From an uncultured delta proteobacterium (GTDB taxonomy: Bacteria > Myxococcota_A > Polyangia > Fen-1088): 64,000 bases of DNA. Shown in pieces: positions 1 through 9,902 of the stretch (its first letter is position 1; each line of letters starts with the position of its first letter). The stretch is taken from NCBI GenBank assembly GCA_963767925.1, contig CAVYGB010000008.1:2496001-2560000 (forward strand). Direction: 5' to 3'. The position numbers and the translations under genes are program-made. Under the pieces are notes generated by a model, which had not been told where the DNA came from, made no database searches, and saw only the letters and a list, made by a program, of their open reading frames with translations.

Positions 1-1208
1 CCCAGATCCCAGACGATGGGGCTCATCAGCGGGCTGTGTTGCCGCATCAGATCCGCCTCCGACAGGGGCGCGACCATCTCGAAGGTGCGCCGCCGGACCG
101 AATCGAGCATCGATCGCCAGCGCAAGCGCAGGGGCGCCGCGGCCGGCGGCGGCGCCGGCCGCTTCCGCCAGAGGAACAGCCCGAAGCGGTCCCGGTCGTC
201 GCTCTGGCTCCACTCGAGCCGGAACCCGTACCGCTCCACCGCCGCCGCGGCGGCCTCGGGCCGGTACTTGTAGCTCACCTCGGTACAGATCCGCTCGCCG
301 CGGGCGATGCGGAAGCTCCGGTCGAGCAGCGGCAGGCGGACCTGCACCTCCCGGTCGAACCCGGCGTAGATCTCGATCCGCTCGTTCTGGGGGTTGTAGT
401 AGGCGACGTGTTCGACCGCCTCGAGGGGGACGTCGGTGCCCAGCTCCCGGTTCATCCGCACGAACAGGTTGCGGGTGAACCGCTCGGTCCAGCCGGCGGC
501 GTCTTGATAGGCCGCCTCCAGCGCCCGGCTGTCGTGGGCGAAGTCGAGCCCCACGAGGAGGAGATCCCCCGCGCCGAGGCTGTCGGCGATGAGGCCGAGG
601 AACTCGCTCTGGCCGTGGCGCCCGAGGTTGCCCAGGCTCGATCCCAGGAAGGCGAGCAACATCGGCGAGGCCTGGGGCAACACGGGCAGCGCCCGCTCGT
701 AAGAGGCGGCCAGCGCCTCGACGGTGAGCTGGGGGTAGCGGCGGGTGAGCTCGCGGCTGGCCCGGGCCAGCGTCTCCATGCTGACGTCGACCGGGATGTA
801 GCGACAGGGTCCCCGCGAGGTCCAGGCGTCGAGCAGCCGCCGCGTCTTGGTCGACGAGCCCGAGCCCAGCTCGACCAGGGTGACGTCTCCGGCGATCTCC
901 CGGATGCGGTTGGCGTGGCGGGCCAGCAACGCGTCTTCGGTGCGGGTCTGGTAATATTCGGGCTGTTCGGTGATGCGCTCGAACAGCGCCGAGCCCTGGG
1001 CGTCGTACAGATACTGCGAATCCAGCCAGCGCGGGCTGGCCTCCAGACCGGCCGCCACCGACAGGGCGAACGCCAGCGGCGTCTCCCGGTATTCGTCGGC
1101 ATGAAGGATCAGTCGGTCCTGCGCTTCGCGGCGCCATCCGTGGGGCGCGCAGAGCTGGTCGGACGTACGAACGGGCTGCCGGTTGCGAGCAAATTCCAAG
1201 TTGGGCAT
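1..1208 (-). CDS. egtD: L-histidine N-alpha-methyltransferase (EgtD) fused in frame to the N-terminus of ergothioneine sulfoxide synthase (EgtB); partial, runs off the window
   Basis: Manually translated because it is absent from the ORF track (no stop in the window). ATG at 1208; LDSQYLYDAQGSALFERITEQPEYYQTRTE, LVELGSGSSTKT, YIPVDVS, FLGSSLGN, ICTEVSYKY; then linker RPAPPPAAAP and RRRTFEMVAPLSEADLMRQHSPLMSPIVWDLG (EgtB DinB-like start). Confidence 0.88.
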   Translation of the reverse strand, partial: MPNLEFARNRQPVRTSDQLCAPHGWRREAQDRLILHADEYRETPLAFALSVAAGLEASPRWLDSQYLYDAQGSALFERITEQPEYYQTRTEDALLARHANRIREIAGDVTLVELGSGSSTKTRRLLDAWTSRGPCRYIPVDVSMETLARASRELTRRYPQLTVEALAASYERALPVLPQASPMLLAFLGSSLGNLGRHGQSEFLGLIADSLGAGDLLLVGLDFAHDSRALEAAYQDAAGWTERFTRNLFVRMNRELGTDVPLEAVEHVAYYNPQNERIEIYAGFDREVQVRLPLLDRSFRIARGERICTEVSYKYRPEAAAAAVERYGFRLEWSQSDDRDRFGLFLWRKRPAPPPAAAPLRLRWRSMLDSVRRRTFEMVAPLSEADLMRQHSPLMSPIVWDL

Positions 1209-1444
1209 CGAGCCGTTCCCTCCCACGCTGGTTTCGGAGCGGCTCAGCTTAGCGCACGACGTCTTCCTGGAAAGGCCCCGTCAAACATCTCTCTGACTGC
1301 AGCCAGCAGCGCCACAGGCGGGAAGCTGGGAGCGCGTCGGACGAATGCAAGATGCAAGACCCCGCTGCCGTGTGCGCCGACCCCGCCGAGGCCGTCGGCC
1401 TTTTCGAGCAAACCTGTGCGGGTCCCGGCTGCGCGGCGATTGAC

Positions 1445-2962
1445 CTAGCCGTCCCCCTGCAGCGTCCGCGCCGAAAGGCGCAAACCGCGCGGAATAACCA
1501 GCCGCTCGAGCCCATCGAAGAGAGCTTGCACGGCCAATGCCAGCAGCGACGCCGGTATGGCGCCTTCCAGAATCAGCGCGACATCGTCGAGGCGCACGCC
1601 GGTGAAGATGGGCTGGCCGAAGCCGCCCGCGCCAACCAGGGCGCCCAGGGTCGCCGTGCCCACGTTGATGACCGCCGCGCTCTTGATGCCGGCGAGGATG
1701 GATCGGCTCGCGAGCGGCAGGTCCACGAGGCGCAAGATGGCCGCCCGCTCGAGCCCGAGCGCCTCGGCCGACTGGCGGAGGTCGGCGGGCACGCTCGCCA
1801 GCCCGGCATGGGTATTCCGTACAATCGGAAGTAGACCGTAGAGGAACAGGGCCACCATCGCGGGCACCGCGCCCAGGCCCAGCAGGGGCACCATGAAGAC
1901 CAGCAGGGCCAGCGACGGCACCGTCTGCACGATCCCCACGGCGGCGAGCACGCCCCGTCCCAGCCGGGGCCGCCGCCAGGCCAGCACCCCCAGCGGGACG
2001 GCCACCAGGATCGCCGCCGCCAGCGACACGCTCACGAGGATCAGGTGTTCGCCCGTGCGCCGCAGGATCGAGCGCGCCCGTCCCGTCGACTCGAGCGCCA
2101 CCGCGCGGCCGAGGTGCTGCTGGAGGAAGCCAGCGGCCACGGCTGTCTCCGGCTGACGCTCGATCTTGGCCCGCGCGTTCAGCTCGATCATGGTCGAGCC
2201 CGAGATGGCGCCGGCCAGGCGCTCGAGGTCGCGCCAGACCTCGGGCCAGCGCTCCGCGGCCACCCGCCGGTAGACCAGGATGGCGTCGTAGCGCGGAAAG
2301 TGGGCCCGGTCGTCCGCGAGCGCGCGCAGGCCGTAGTAGCGGATCTCGGCGTCGGTCGAGTAGAGGTCGATCACGTCGATGTCGCCGGCCATGAGCCCCC
2401 GGTAGGCGAGGTCATGGTCGAGCCCCTGCACGCGGGCCTGCGGGAGCTGGTAGTGGCGGCGGAGGGAGGGCCATCCATCCTGACGGCTCATGAACTCGTT
2501 GCTGAAGCCGAAGCGCAGCTCGGGATGGCGGGCCAGATCGGAGGTGGTGCGAATGCCCAGCCGCTCGGCCAGATCCTCCCGCAGGCCGAGGGCGTAGGTG
2601 TTGTTGAACCCGAGGGGTCCGATCAAGCCGAGCCCCCGCGCCTCGAGCAGGCTCCGCAGCCGGGCCAGCCCTTCCGCCTCCTGGCCCTCGCCGCCCGCCT
2701 CCTGGCGGAAGATCTCCTGCCACAAGGTGCCGGTGTAATCCGGATACAGATCCACCTCGCCGGCCTCGAGCGCGTTCCAGACCAGCCGGGTCCCGCCCAG
2801 TCCGCGCCGGTGCTCGGCGGGCGCGCCGCTGGCCCGCGCCAGCTGCGTGGCGATCTCGCCCAGCACCACGGACTCGGTGAAGCTCTTGGAGGCCACCCGC
2901 ACCCCCGGCTCGCCGCCACACCCGAGCAGGAGCAGCGGCGCGCAGGCGAGCGGCGCCCTCAT
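1445..2962 (-). CDS. Glycine betaine/choline-family (OpuC/ProWX-like) ABC transporter, substrate-binding domain fused to permease
   Basis: C-terminal part of ORF 1445..4702. Start MRAPLACAPLLLLGC (lipobox-like); VASKSFTESVVLGE, GLGGT, LGFNNTYAL, FPRYDA; permease QTVPSLALL, LPIVRNT, GAGGFG. ATG overlaps the ATPase stop. Confidence 0.9.
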   Translation of the reverse strand: MRAPLACAPLLLLGCGGEPGVRVASKSFTESVVLGEIATQLARASGAPAEHRRGLGGTRLVWNALEAGEVDLYPDYTGTLWQEIFRQEAGGEGQEAEGLARLRSLLEARGLGLIGPLGFNNTYALGLREDLAERLGIRTTSDLARHPELRFGFSNEFMSRQDGWPSLRRHYQLPQARVQGLDHDLAYRGLMAGDIDVIDLYSTDAEIRYYGLRALADDRAHFPRYDAILVYRRVAAERWPEVWRDLERLAGAISGSTMIELNARAKIERQPETAVAAGFLQQHLGRAVALESTGRARSILRRTGEHLILVSVSLAAAILVAVPLGVLAWRRPRLGRGVLAAVGIVQTVPSLALLVFMVPLLGLGAVPAMVALFLYGLLPIVRNTHAGLASVPADLRQSAEALGLERAAILRLVDLPLASRSILAGIKSAAVINVGTATLGALVGAGGFGQPIFTGVRLDDVALILEGAIPASLLALAVQALFDGLERLVIPRGLRLSARTLQGDG

Positions 2963-3711
2963 CGCCGGGACTCCAGCCCTTCTTCGACGGTACGCCGCTG
3001 AGCCTTCACGAAGACCGACACGAACGGATCGGCCGGCCGCACCAGCAGATCCTCGATGCTGCCCTGCTGGACGATGCGGCCGTCGCGCAGGAGCACGATC
3101 CGCCCGCCGAAGAAGGCCGCCTCGTCGAGGTCGTGGGTCACCAGGACAACCGTCTTGCGCAGGCTCACGAACAGCGCCGCCAGATCGTCCTGCAGCTCCC
3201 GCCGGACCAGCGGGTCGAGGGCCCCCAGCGGCTCGTCGAGCAGCAGCACCTCGGGATCGAGCATCAAGGCTCGCATCAGCGCCACCCGCTGCCGTTGCCC
3301 GCCCGAGAGCTGCAAGGGATAGCGATCGAGGGCGTCGGTCGGAAAACGCGTCATTCGCACGATCTCGTCGAGCCGGGCCTCGATCCGGGCCGCTGGCCAG
3401 CGGAGGTGGTGGGCCATCAAGGTGACGTTCTGGGCCGCGTCCAGGTGGGGAAACAGGCCGCCGTCCTGGATGACGTAGCCCATCTTGCGGCGCAGCTCCA
3501 GCACGTTGCCCCGATCGATCGGGACGCCGCGATAAGACACCTCCCCCTCGTCGGGATGCACGAGGCCGTTGAGCAGCCGGAGCAGGGTGGTCTTCCCGCA
3601 GCCGCTCGGCCCGATCAGCACCGTGCAGGTCCCCTCGGCGACCTCGAAATCGGTGGTGGCGAGCGCCTGCACGGCGCCGTATCGCTTGGCGACGGACTGC
3701 AACCGGAACAC
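2959..3711 (-). CDS. Betaine-family ABC transporter ATP-binding protein
   Basis: Walker A GPSGCGKTT, signature LSGGQRQR, Walker B LLLDEP, VTHD. GTG start at 3711 (VFRLQSV) is inferred. Confidence 0.92.
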   Translation of the reverse strand: MFRLQSVAKRYGAVQALATTDFEVAEGTCTVLIGPSGCGKTTLLRLLNGLVHPDEGEVSYRGVPIDRGNVLELRRKMGYVIQDGGLFPHLDAAQNVTLMAHHLRWPAARIEARLDEIVRMTRFPTDALDRYPLQLSGGQRQRVALMRALMLDPEVLLLDEPLGALDPLVRRELQDDLAALFVSLRKTVVLVTHDLDEAAFFGGRIVLLRDGRIVQQGSIEDLLVRPADPFVSVFVKAQRRTVEEGLESRR

Positions 3712-3799
3712 GGGCGGGTGGTTGTGCGGCAGGATCCCTCCGCCCGCACCATACAACGCCCGCCTCCGGTCGGCCTTGCCTGCTACCTTGGAGGTATCC

Positions 3800-4717
3800 A
3801 TGGCGACCCCCGCCCAGACGGCAGCCGCTCCGCAGCCGCGCGCGCCCGCGGAGGCCATGGCCGGGCGCCAGGGAGCCACCCCACCCGCCTGGCTGGGCCG
3901 GCCGCGCGGGGCACTGCTGCTCGACGTGCTCGCGGGCTGGCGCCAGAACCTCGACAAGCTGGCCCAGCTCGGCGCGCTCCTGCTGGCCTTCTTCCGCCCG
4001 GCCCTGGTGCGGGCCCGCCTCGAGCGGCTGCGCGCGCTCGGGCACGTCGCGCAGACCCCCAGCTTGCCCCAGCTCCTGGTGGCGGCCCGCGATCAGATGA
4101 TCGTGAGCGCCACCGAGGAGACGAAGATCTTCTACCGCAGCCAGCGCATCCCCTGGGTGTTCCACAACGTCCGGCGGCTGCTGTCCGGACCGGCCACCAT
4201 GCTCGATCCGGTCGGGCTGTTCTCCCCGCGCGACACCATCATCCACCACGTCCTGCAGACCTTCCACCGCCACCCGCTCTACGACCTCGTGCTCCTGCGG
4301 GCCCACCCCGACGGCGTCGAGGAGATGCGCCGCCAGGCTGCCCAGATCGTGGCCGGCAGCCACTCCCACCAGCGCGCCCTGGCCTCGCTGATCGAGGACG
4401 GCTCGTACCACGCCCGCCTCCCCGGGGAGATCGCCGAATTCCAGGCCGATCCCCTGGTCCCGGCTCGCCCGGTCCCCGACGGCCTGTTGCCCGATCCCCA
4501 CATGATGGCGGCGATGGATCAGTTCAAGGACCTCGCGGGCTACGTCCGCTACGCCGCCCGCCTGCGCACCGGCTGGGGCGGCGCCCTGCGGGCCTGGCTC
4601 GCCGTCGGCTTCGATGAGACGCTGGGCGGCCTGCTCGGCATCAAGCTGGGCCCCCGGGCGGTACGCGCCGGCGCGCTCGACCCCGAGATCGCCCGCCGGC
4701 ACCTGCCGGCCCGCTGA
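3800..4717 (+). CDS. Hypothetical protein (~305 aa) with His-rich motif
   Basis: GGAGG RBS before ATG 3800; GC3-rich codons; IIHHVLQTFHRHPLYDL. Confidence 0.75.
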   Translation: MATPAQTAAAPQPRAPAEAMAGRQGATPPAWLGRPRGALLLDVLAGWRQNLDKLAQLGALLLAFFRPALVRARLERLRALGHVAQTPSLPQLLVAARDQMIVSATEETKIFYRSQRIPWVFHNVRRLLSGPATMLDPVGLFSPRDTIIHHVLQTFHRHPLYDLVLLRAHPDGVEEMRRQAAQIVAGSHSHQRALASLIEDGSYHARLPGEIAEFQADPLVPARPVPDGLLPDPHMMAAMDQFKDLAGYVRYAARLRTGWGGALRAWLAVGFDETLGGLLGIKLGPRAVRAGALDPEIARRHLPAR

Positions 4718-4777
4718 GGCTCGAAGCCCGTCGCGGGAAGCCCCGGGCGACGGATCGGAGCCGCGCGCTCGACCCGT

Positions 4778-5341
4778 TCAGGCGCGCCCGCGCAGGGCCG
4801 GATCCACAATCAGGCGGTTGTCGACCCGCCGGACGCCGAGGACGTTGCCGGTGTCGCGCTCGGCCGCATCGGCCGCCTGGGGCGTCGCCACCGTCCCCTC
4901 CAGCGTGACCACCGCATCGAAGACCCGGACGCGGATCGCCCGCAGCTCCGGGCTCGGGCCGCGCGAGAGAGCCAGCCCCACGGCGTGCTCGAGCTGCTCG
5001 TCGCTGTCCGCCTCCTCGGAGAGGACCCCCAGCCGGTTGATCACGTCCTGGCAGCCGGCCACCCGCCGGGCCAGCACGCCGGCCAGCCGCTTGTGAGCCA
5101 GCGAGGGGACCTCCCCCTCCAGCACGGCGACGCCGGTCCGCACCTCGACCGAGATACGCCCCTCCAGCCCCTCGGGCGAGAGGATCTGGGTGCGCGCCGG
5201 ATCCGGGGCGTAGTCCGGCCAGATGCCGCAGCCGGCGAGCGCTGGGTCGGCGGCCAGCGCCCCCTTCAGCTCGCGCAGGATGGCTTCGTCCTCGTCACCA
5301 GGCGGCACGCTCCGGATCGGAACGCGTTCCTTCTCTTTCAT
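4778..5341 (-). CDS. Dual BON domain protein
   Basis: Two BON-like repeats: ISVEVRTGVAVLEGEV...DVINRL and IRVRVFDAVVTLEGTV...VLGVRRVDNRL. Confidence 0.85.
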   Translation of the reverse strand: MKEKERVPIRSVPPGDEDEAILRELKGALAADPALAGCGIWPDYAPDPARTQILSPEGLEGRISVEVRTGVAVLEGEVPSLAHKRLAGVLARRVAGCQDVINRLGVLSEEADSDEQLEHAVGLALSRGPSPELRAIRVRVFDAVVTLEGTVATPQAADAAERDTGNVLGVRRVDNRLIVDPALRGRA

Positions 5342-5440
5342 TCGCGACCCCCTTGCACCCGCGTTGGCAAGTCGGCCCGGGGCGGCCCGGCTCTTTCACT
5401 TTAGGGCCGGTTCGCGGCGGCGACCAGCGCCAAATCGAGA

Positions 5441-7384
5441 TCAGCGTTCGGGCGGAAACAGGACGGTACCGGCGGCCACGAAGTTCGCGTTGTAGAGGAT
5501 GTCCGACTCGACCACCGTCCACCAGCCGTCGCCCCAGGCGCCCTCCGGAAGGAACCCGGCGTCCCAGAGGTCGCTCTGCTGCCAGTGCCAGAGGCTGTGC
5601 GGCGGCAGCCCCGAGCGAAGCTGGCTCGGGTTGTCCCAGAGCAACGCCTTGGCGGGCGCGCCCGGGGCCAGCCAGCCGGCGTTCTGGGCGTTGGGCCCAT
5701 CGATCAGGAACCCCGGCGGTGGCGGCTCTCGAGGGCCCCACTCCGCGTGGTAGAAACGATCAGGCCCCTTCCCGACCCGCGTGATCATCGAGTAGCCGTT
5801 GGGGTTGCGACCGAGGATCCAGTGCCACTGGTCCTGCGCGGCGTCGGTCAGCCAGCTTCGCTCCGGATCGATCCGGGCGGCCATGGCCATCAGCAGCAGC
5901 TTCTCCATGAGGTTGGAGTTGCTGGCCCAGAAGTAGTCCTCCGGCGCGGAGGCGCAGCGGTACCCGTCGGTGCGCTCGACCCGGGTACGCAGGCGGTCGG
6001 CCACCGCCACCAGCCGCTGCCCGGCCTCGGCCCGCGTCTGGGGCGGCGCCTGCGGGTCGCGGGCCAGGGTCCACAGGCCGAGCCGGCTGATGTTCGCCCA
6101 GGCGCCGTCGAGGATCTTGTCGGGGCTCCTCGTCTCCTCGGCGCTGGCCAGCAGGGCCTGGGCCGAGGCGAGCGCGTCTTTCATGCGGAAGGAGCGCCAC
6201 ATCTCGGCCGCCGCCACGAAGCGCGCCCCCGTGTCATTGTGGATGGGTTCGTCGTCCCACAGCGGCTGGCTGCTCCCCCCCTTGCGAACCGCCCGCAGGT
6301 GGTCGGGATGGCTCGTCAGGAACCGCCAGCCCCGGCGGGCGGCCGCCGCACAGCGCGCGGCGAAGCGGGCATCCCAGGGAGGAAACAGGCGCGCCGCCAT
6401 CGCCAGCACCGCCACCGCCTTGGCGGTGGCCGAGCTGCTCGGCCCGGCCACCCAGCGCACGCTGCGATCCCGGTCGGCGGGCCCCTGCGGCGACCACTCC
6501 AGCACGGTCTCGCTGTGCCGGAAGGCGCCCGATCGATCCTGCAGCGAGAGGATCCACGACAGGCCGTAGCGCACCTCATCGAGCAGATCGGGCGTGCGGT
6601 TGCTCGACTCGGGGATCTGCAGCGAGAGCCCGCGGTAAAGCCCGGGCGCCCACTCGTAGGCCAGCAGCAACGTCGCCGCCGCCACCGCCGTCGAGGGGAT
6701 GTACATGTCGTAGTTGCCGGCATCGTGCCAGCCGCCCTGCAGCCGGAAGCGCCGCTTCCTGGCCGGGTGGTCGGCGGCGTCCCAGCCCACCTCCCCGTGG
6801 GCGTGGCAAGGGCCCGCCCGGGTGAAGGCCTGCTCCTCCCAGCGGGCGGGCGGCTCGACGAGCGCGGTCCGGCAGCGCTGAAAATAGAAGCTCTTGCTGC
6901 CGGCCACGATGGCCCGGCGGTAGATCCCCTCGCCGACCTCGAAGGGATCGCTCTGCGCCCCCTCGGCCGCGAGGCGAAAGCGCCCGTCCTCCTGCAGCTC
7001 GGAGAAGTCGACCTGCCAGACCGGATCACCCGAGGCCGGGTCGATCCCGCGGGCGACGATCTCGCTCCCCCCCAGCTCGCGCACGACCTGACCGGTGCGG
7101 GCGTCCTGCACAACGGCCCGCCGGGGCTCCACGTTGAAGATGGCGATCTTGCGCCAGGACCGCTCGTAGCCGACCGTGTTCACCTTTATCGCCGGGACGT
7201 TGATCCCGGGCATGGCCGGCGCGGCCCGGGCCGCCGGCCGGCCCGCATCGGTCGCCGCATCCCCCCCGGCATCAGCGGCCTTCCCGGGCGGCGACGGGGC
7301 CGGCCGGGCCGGCTCCCGCTGGCGGTGGCAGCTCCCGGTGGCCGAGAGGGCCCCCCAGGCGATAGCGAGGATCCAGGCCCGCAT
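5441..7384 (-). CDS. Glycoside hydrolase family 9 with N-terminal Ig-like domain; lipoprotein-like signal
   Basis: IKVNTVGY, FYFQRC, GGWHDAGNYDMY, PDLLDEVRYGLSW, YFWASN, WILGRNPNGYSMIT, ESDILYNA. Confidence 0.88.
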   Translation of the reverse strand: MRAWILAIAWGALSATGSCHRQREPARPAPSPPGKAADAGGDAATDAGRPAARAAPAMPGINVPAIKVNTVGYERSWRKIAIFNVEPRRAVVQDARTGQVVRELGGSEIVARGIDPASGDPVWQVDFSELQEDGRFRLAAEGAQSDPFEVGEGIYRRAIVAGSKSFYFQRCRTALVEPPARWEEQAFTRAGPCHAHGEVGWDAADHPARKRRFRLQGGWHDAGNYDMYIPSTAVAAATLLLAYEWAPGLYRGLSLQIPESSNRTPDLLDEVRYGLSWILSLQDRSGAFRHSETVLEWSPQGPADRDRSVRWVAGPSSSATAKAVAVLAMAARLFPPWDARFAARCAAAARRGWRFLTSHPDHLRAVRKGGSSQPLWDDEPIHNDTGARFVAAAEMWRSFRMKDALASAQALLASAEETRSPDKILDGAWANISRLGLWTLARDPQAPPQTRAEAGQRLVAVADRLRTRVERTDGYRCASAPEDYFWASNSNLMEKLLLMAMAARIDPERSWLTDAAQDQWHWILGRNPNGYSMITRVGKGPDRFYHAEWGPREPPPPGFLIDGPNAQNAGWLAPGAPAKALLWDNPSQLRSGLPPHSLWHWQQSDLWDAGFLPEGAWGDGWWTVVESDILYNANFVAAGTVLFPPER

Positions 7385-7396
7385 GTCTCCCTCGAG

Positions 7397-9772
7397 CTAG
7401 GGTCTGCCGCCGGCCGGGCGGAGGTCGTAATGCTGGCCGCGCTGGGCCTGGAAGGTGATCACGTTGGGCTCGGGCCGGCGCAGGCCCATCGCCTTGCCGC
7501 CGTTGACGAGCTCGACCGGCTGGCGGGTTCGCACCTTGCACGGCCCTGTCTGCGAGGCCAGCAGGCGCGCGCTCGCCAGCGCCCCTTTCGACCAGGTGAT
7601 GTCCACCTCGAAGCCTCCGCGCGCGCGCAAGCCCGTGATCCGTCCGGCGGACCAGGCCCGGGGCAAGGCCGGCAGGAGGTCGACCTCTCCGGCGTGGCTC
7701 TGCAGCAACATCTCGGCGATGGCCGCGGTGGCCCCGCCGTTGCCGTCCATCTGGAAGATCCGGGGCGGGTGCAGGTCGAGCAGGGCCGAGCTCGTGTTCT
7801 CGGCGAGCAGCGCCTTCAGGCTGTCGTGGGCCCGGTCCCCCTCGCCCAGCCGGGCCCACATGTTGGCGATCCAGGCCCGGCTCCAGCCGGTGCCACCACC
7901 CCCGTGCGAGAGGCGATGCTCGAGGCTCTTGCGGGCGGCGGCCGCCAGCTCGGGCGTGCCCCGCAGGGTGATCTGGCGACCGGGGTGGAGCCCGAACAGA
8001 TGCGAGACGTGGCGGTGCCCGGGATCGACCTCCTGGTAGTCCTCGATCCACTCCTGTAGCCGGCCCGAGGGGCTGACCTGCAGGGGCGCCAGCCGCCGCA
8101 GGGCCGCCTGGAGCTGCATGCGCAGCGACGAATCGACGCCCAGCCGCTCGGCCGCCGCGATGGTGCTGGAGAACAGGTCGTGCACGATCTCGAGGTCCAT
8201 GGTGGCGCCGTAGGTGAACTTCGACCGCTTGCCCTCCCTGGTCAGGAAGGTGTTCTCGGGCGAATGCGAGGGGTTCGTCACCAGCCGCCCGCGCCCGTCG
8301 GGCACCAGGAAGTCGAGCAGGAACAGCGCCGCCTCCTTCATCACCGGATAGGCCCGCCGGGCGAGGAACTCCCGGTCGCCGCCGAAGGCGTAGTGCTCCC
8401 ACAGGTGCTGGGCCAGCCAGGCCGCCCCCATGGGCCACACGCCTTGCACGCCGTCGGCGGGGGTGGTGCGGCCCCAGACGTCCGAGAGGTGATGGGCCAC
8501 CCAGCCCCGGGCGCCGTAGTGCACCCGGGCGGTCTTCTGCCCGGAGGGGACGAGCTGGTCGATGTAGTCGAACAGGGGCGTGTGCAGCTCGGCCAGGTTG
8601 GTCACCTCGGCCGGCCAGTAGCTCATCTGCACGTTGATGTTGAGGTGGTAGTCGGAGCTCCAGGGCGGCGAGAGCTGCTCGTTCCACAGGCCCTGGAGGT
8701 TGGCGGGGAGCTGGCCCGGCCGCGAGCTGCCCATGAGCAGATAGCGGCCCATCTGGAAGTAGAGAGGCAGCAGCGCCAGATCGTCCTTGCCCGCCCGCAC
8801 CGCCGCCAGGCGGCGCTCCATGTCGCGCGGCACGTCTCCTCCGGCTGGCCCGGCTGGCCCGAGCTCGAGCTTGACCCGCCCGAACCGGGCCCGGTGGTGC
8901 ACGAGGTGGGCCTCCCGGAGCTGGGCATAGGTCCGGGCCGCCGCCCGGTCGAGCTGGGCCCGGCAGGCGTTGGTGGGGTCCTTCTCCCGGAAGCTGGTGG
9001 TCCCGGAGACGAGGATGGTGACAGCGTTGGCCCCCGTGACCCGCACCGCCTCGCCCTCCGCGGCGAGGGTGCCGCCCTCGGGCAGGACCCGGGCGCAGGC
9101 CTCGAAGCGCAGGCCCCGGTTCTCGCCGCTGGCCTCGTCGAGGCTGCGGATCTGTCCCCGCAGGGTGAGGCGGCCCTCGACCGCAGGCTGGCTGGTCGCG
9201 TCCTGCCAGCGGCTCAGGCGCAGGCGGGCGTCGATCTGGCCGGGGCGATCGGCGCCGAGGCGGACTACCAGGACGTCGTCGGGCACCGAGGCGAACACCT
9301 CCCGGGTGAAGGAGGCGTCCGAACGGTAGCGGACGCGGGCGATCCCCTGCTCGAGATCGAGCTCGCGCTGGTAGCCGCTCAGGCGGGAGGGGGCCGGCGT
9401 CTCGAGCCACAGATCGGCCAGCACCTGGTAGGGGCGGATGCGGGGCGGGCGGCCCATCAGGTGCTTGGCCGCGAGGGCGGTCGCCTCCTCGTTGCGGCCC
9501 GCGAACAGGAGCTTCCTCACCTCCGGGAGGTGCTTGAAGGCCTCGGGGTTCGTCGTGTCCCGCGGATGGCCGTCCCAGAGAGAGATCTCGTTGAGCGGCA
9601 TCCGCTCGTCGACCACCCGGCCGAAGACCATGGCGCCCAGCCGGCCGTTGCCGACCGGCAAGGCGTCGAGGAACTGGGTGGCGGGCTGCTCGAACGCGAT
9701 CTGCGCCCGGGCGGTCCCGGCCGACAGCCCGGCGAGCGCGAGCAGCCCGGTGATGTGTCGGGGGGCGACCAC
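7397..9772 (-). CDS. Glycoside hydrolase family 95 (alpha-L-fucosidase-like), secreted
   Basis: [85 protein letters not shown]. Confidence 0.93.
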   Translation of the reverse strand: MVAPRHITGLLALAGLSAGTARAQIAFEQPATQFLDALPVGNGRLGAMVFGRVVDERMPLNEISLWDGHPRDTTNPEAFKHLPEVRKLLFAGRNEEATALAAKHLMGRPPRIRPYQVLADLWLETPAPSRLSGYQRELDLEQGIARVRYRSDASFTREVFASVPDDVLVVRLGADRPGQIDARLRLSRWQDATSQPAVEGRLTLRGQIRSLDEASGENRGLRFEACARVLPEGGTLAAEGEAVRVTGANAVTILVSGTTSFREKDPTNACRAQLDRAAARTYAQLREAHLVHHRARFGRVKLELGPAGPAGGDVPRDMERRLAAVRAGKDDLALLPLYFQMGRYLLMGSSRPGQLPANLQGLWNEQLSPPWSSDYHLNINVQMSYWPAEVTNLAELHTPLFDYIDQLVPSGQKTARVHYGARGWVAHHLSDVWGRTTPADGVQGVWPMGAAWLAQHLWEHYAFGGDREFLARRAYPVMKEAALFLLDFLVPDGRGRLVTNPSHSPENTFLTREGKRSKFTYGATMDLEIVHDLFSSTIAAAERLGVDSSLRMQLQAALRRLAPLQVSPSGRLQEWIEDYQEVDPGHRHVSHLFGLHPGRQITLRGTPELAAAARKSLEHRLSHGGGGTGWSRAWIANMWARLGEGDRAHDSLKALLAENTSSALLDLHPPRIFQMDGNGGATAAIAEMLLQSHAGEVDLLPALPRAWSAGRITGLRARGGFEVDITWSKGALASARLLASQTGPCKVRTRQPVELVNGGKAMGLRRPEPNVITFQAQRGQHYDLRPAGGRP

Positions 9773-9855
9773 GAACCGTTTTTAACCCGGCCGCCCCGCG
9801 CGCAGCGGGCAAACTTTCCGGCGGCCCGCGCCCCGAGCGCAGGCCCGGCCCGGCA

Positions 9856-9883
9856 GCCGGCGCCCCTCGCAGGGGTCGCCGGC
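9856..9883. terminator. GC-rich hairpin between DUF1552 and GH95 genes (possible terminator or stabiliser)
   Basis: GCCGGCG-CCCCT-cgc-AGGGG-t-CGCCGGC; no adjacent U-tract. Confidence 0.3.
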
Positions 9884-9902
9884 CCCTCCCTGAGCCCTGC
9901 GA

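Noticed and set aside
1209..1444. Riboswitch or sigma54 promoter upstream of egtD
   Set aside because: No recognisable aptamer and the GG-N10-GC spacing is not met; a covariance-model search would be needed.
2963..4702. N-terminal 580 aa of the 1085-aa ORF as part of the transporter
   Set aside because: Overlaps the ATPase and the 3800..4717 gene in other frames; the real protein starts at 2962.
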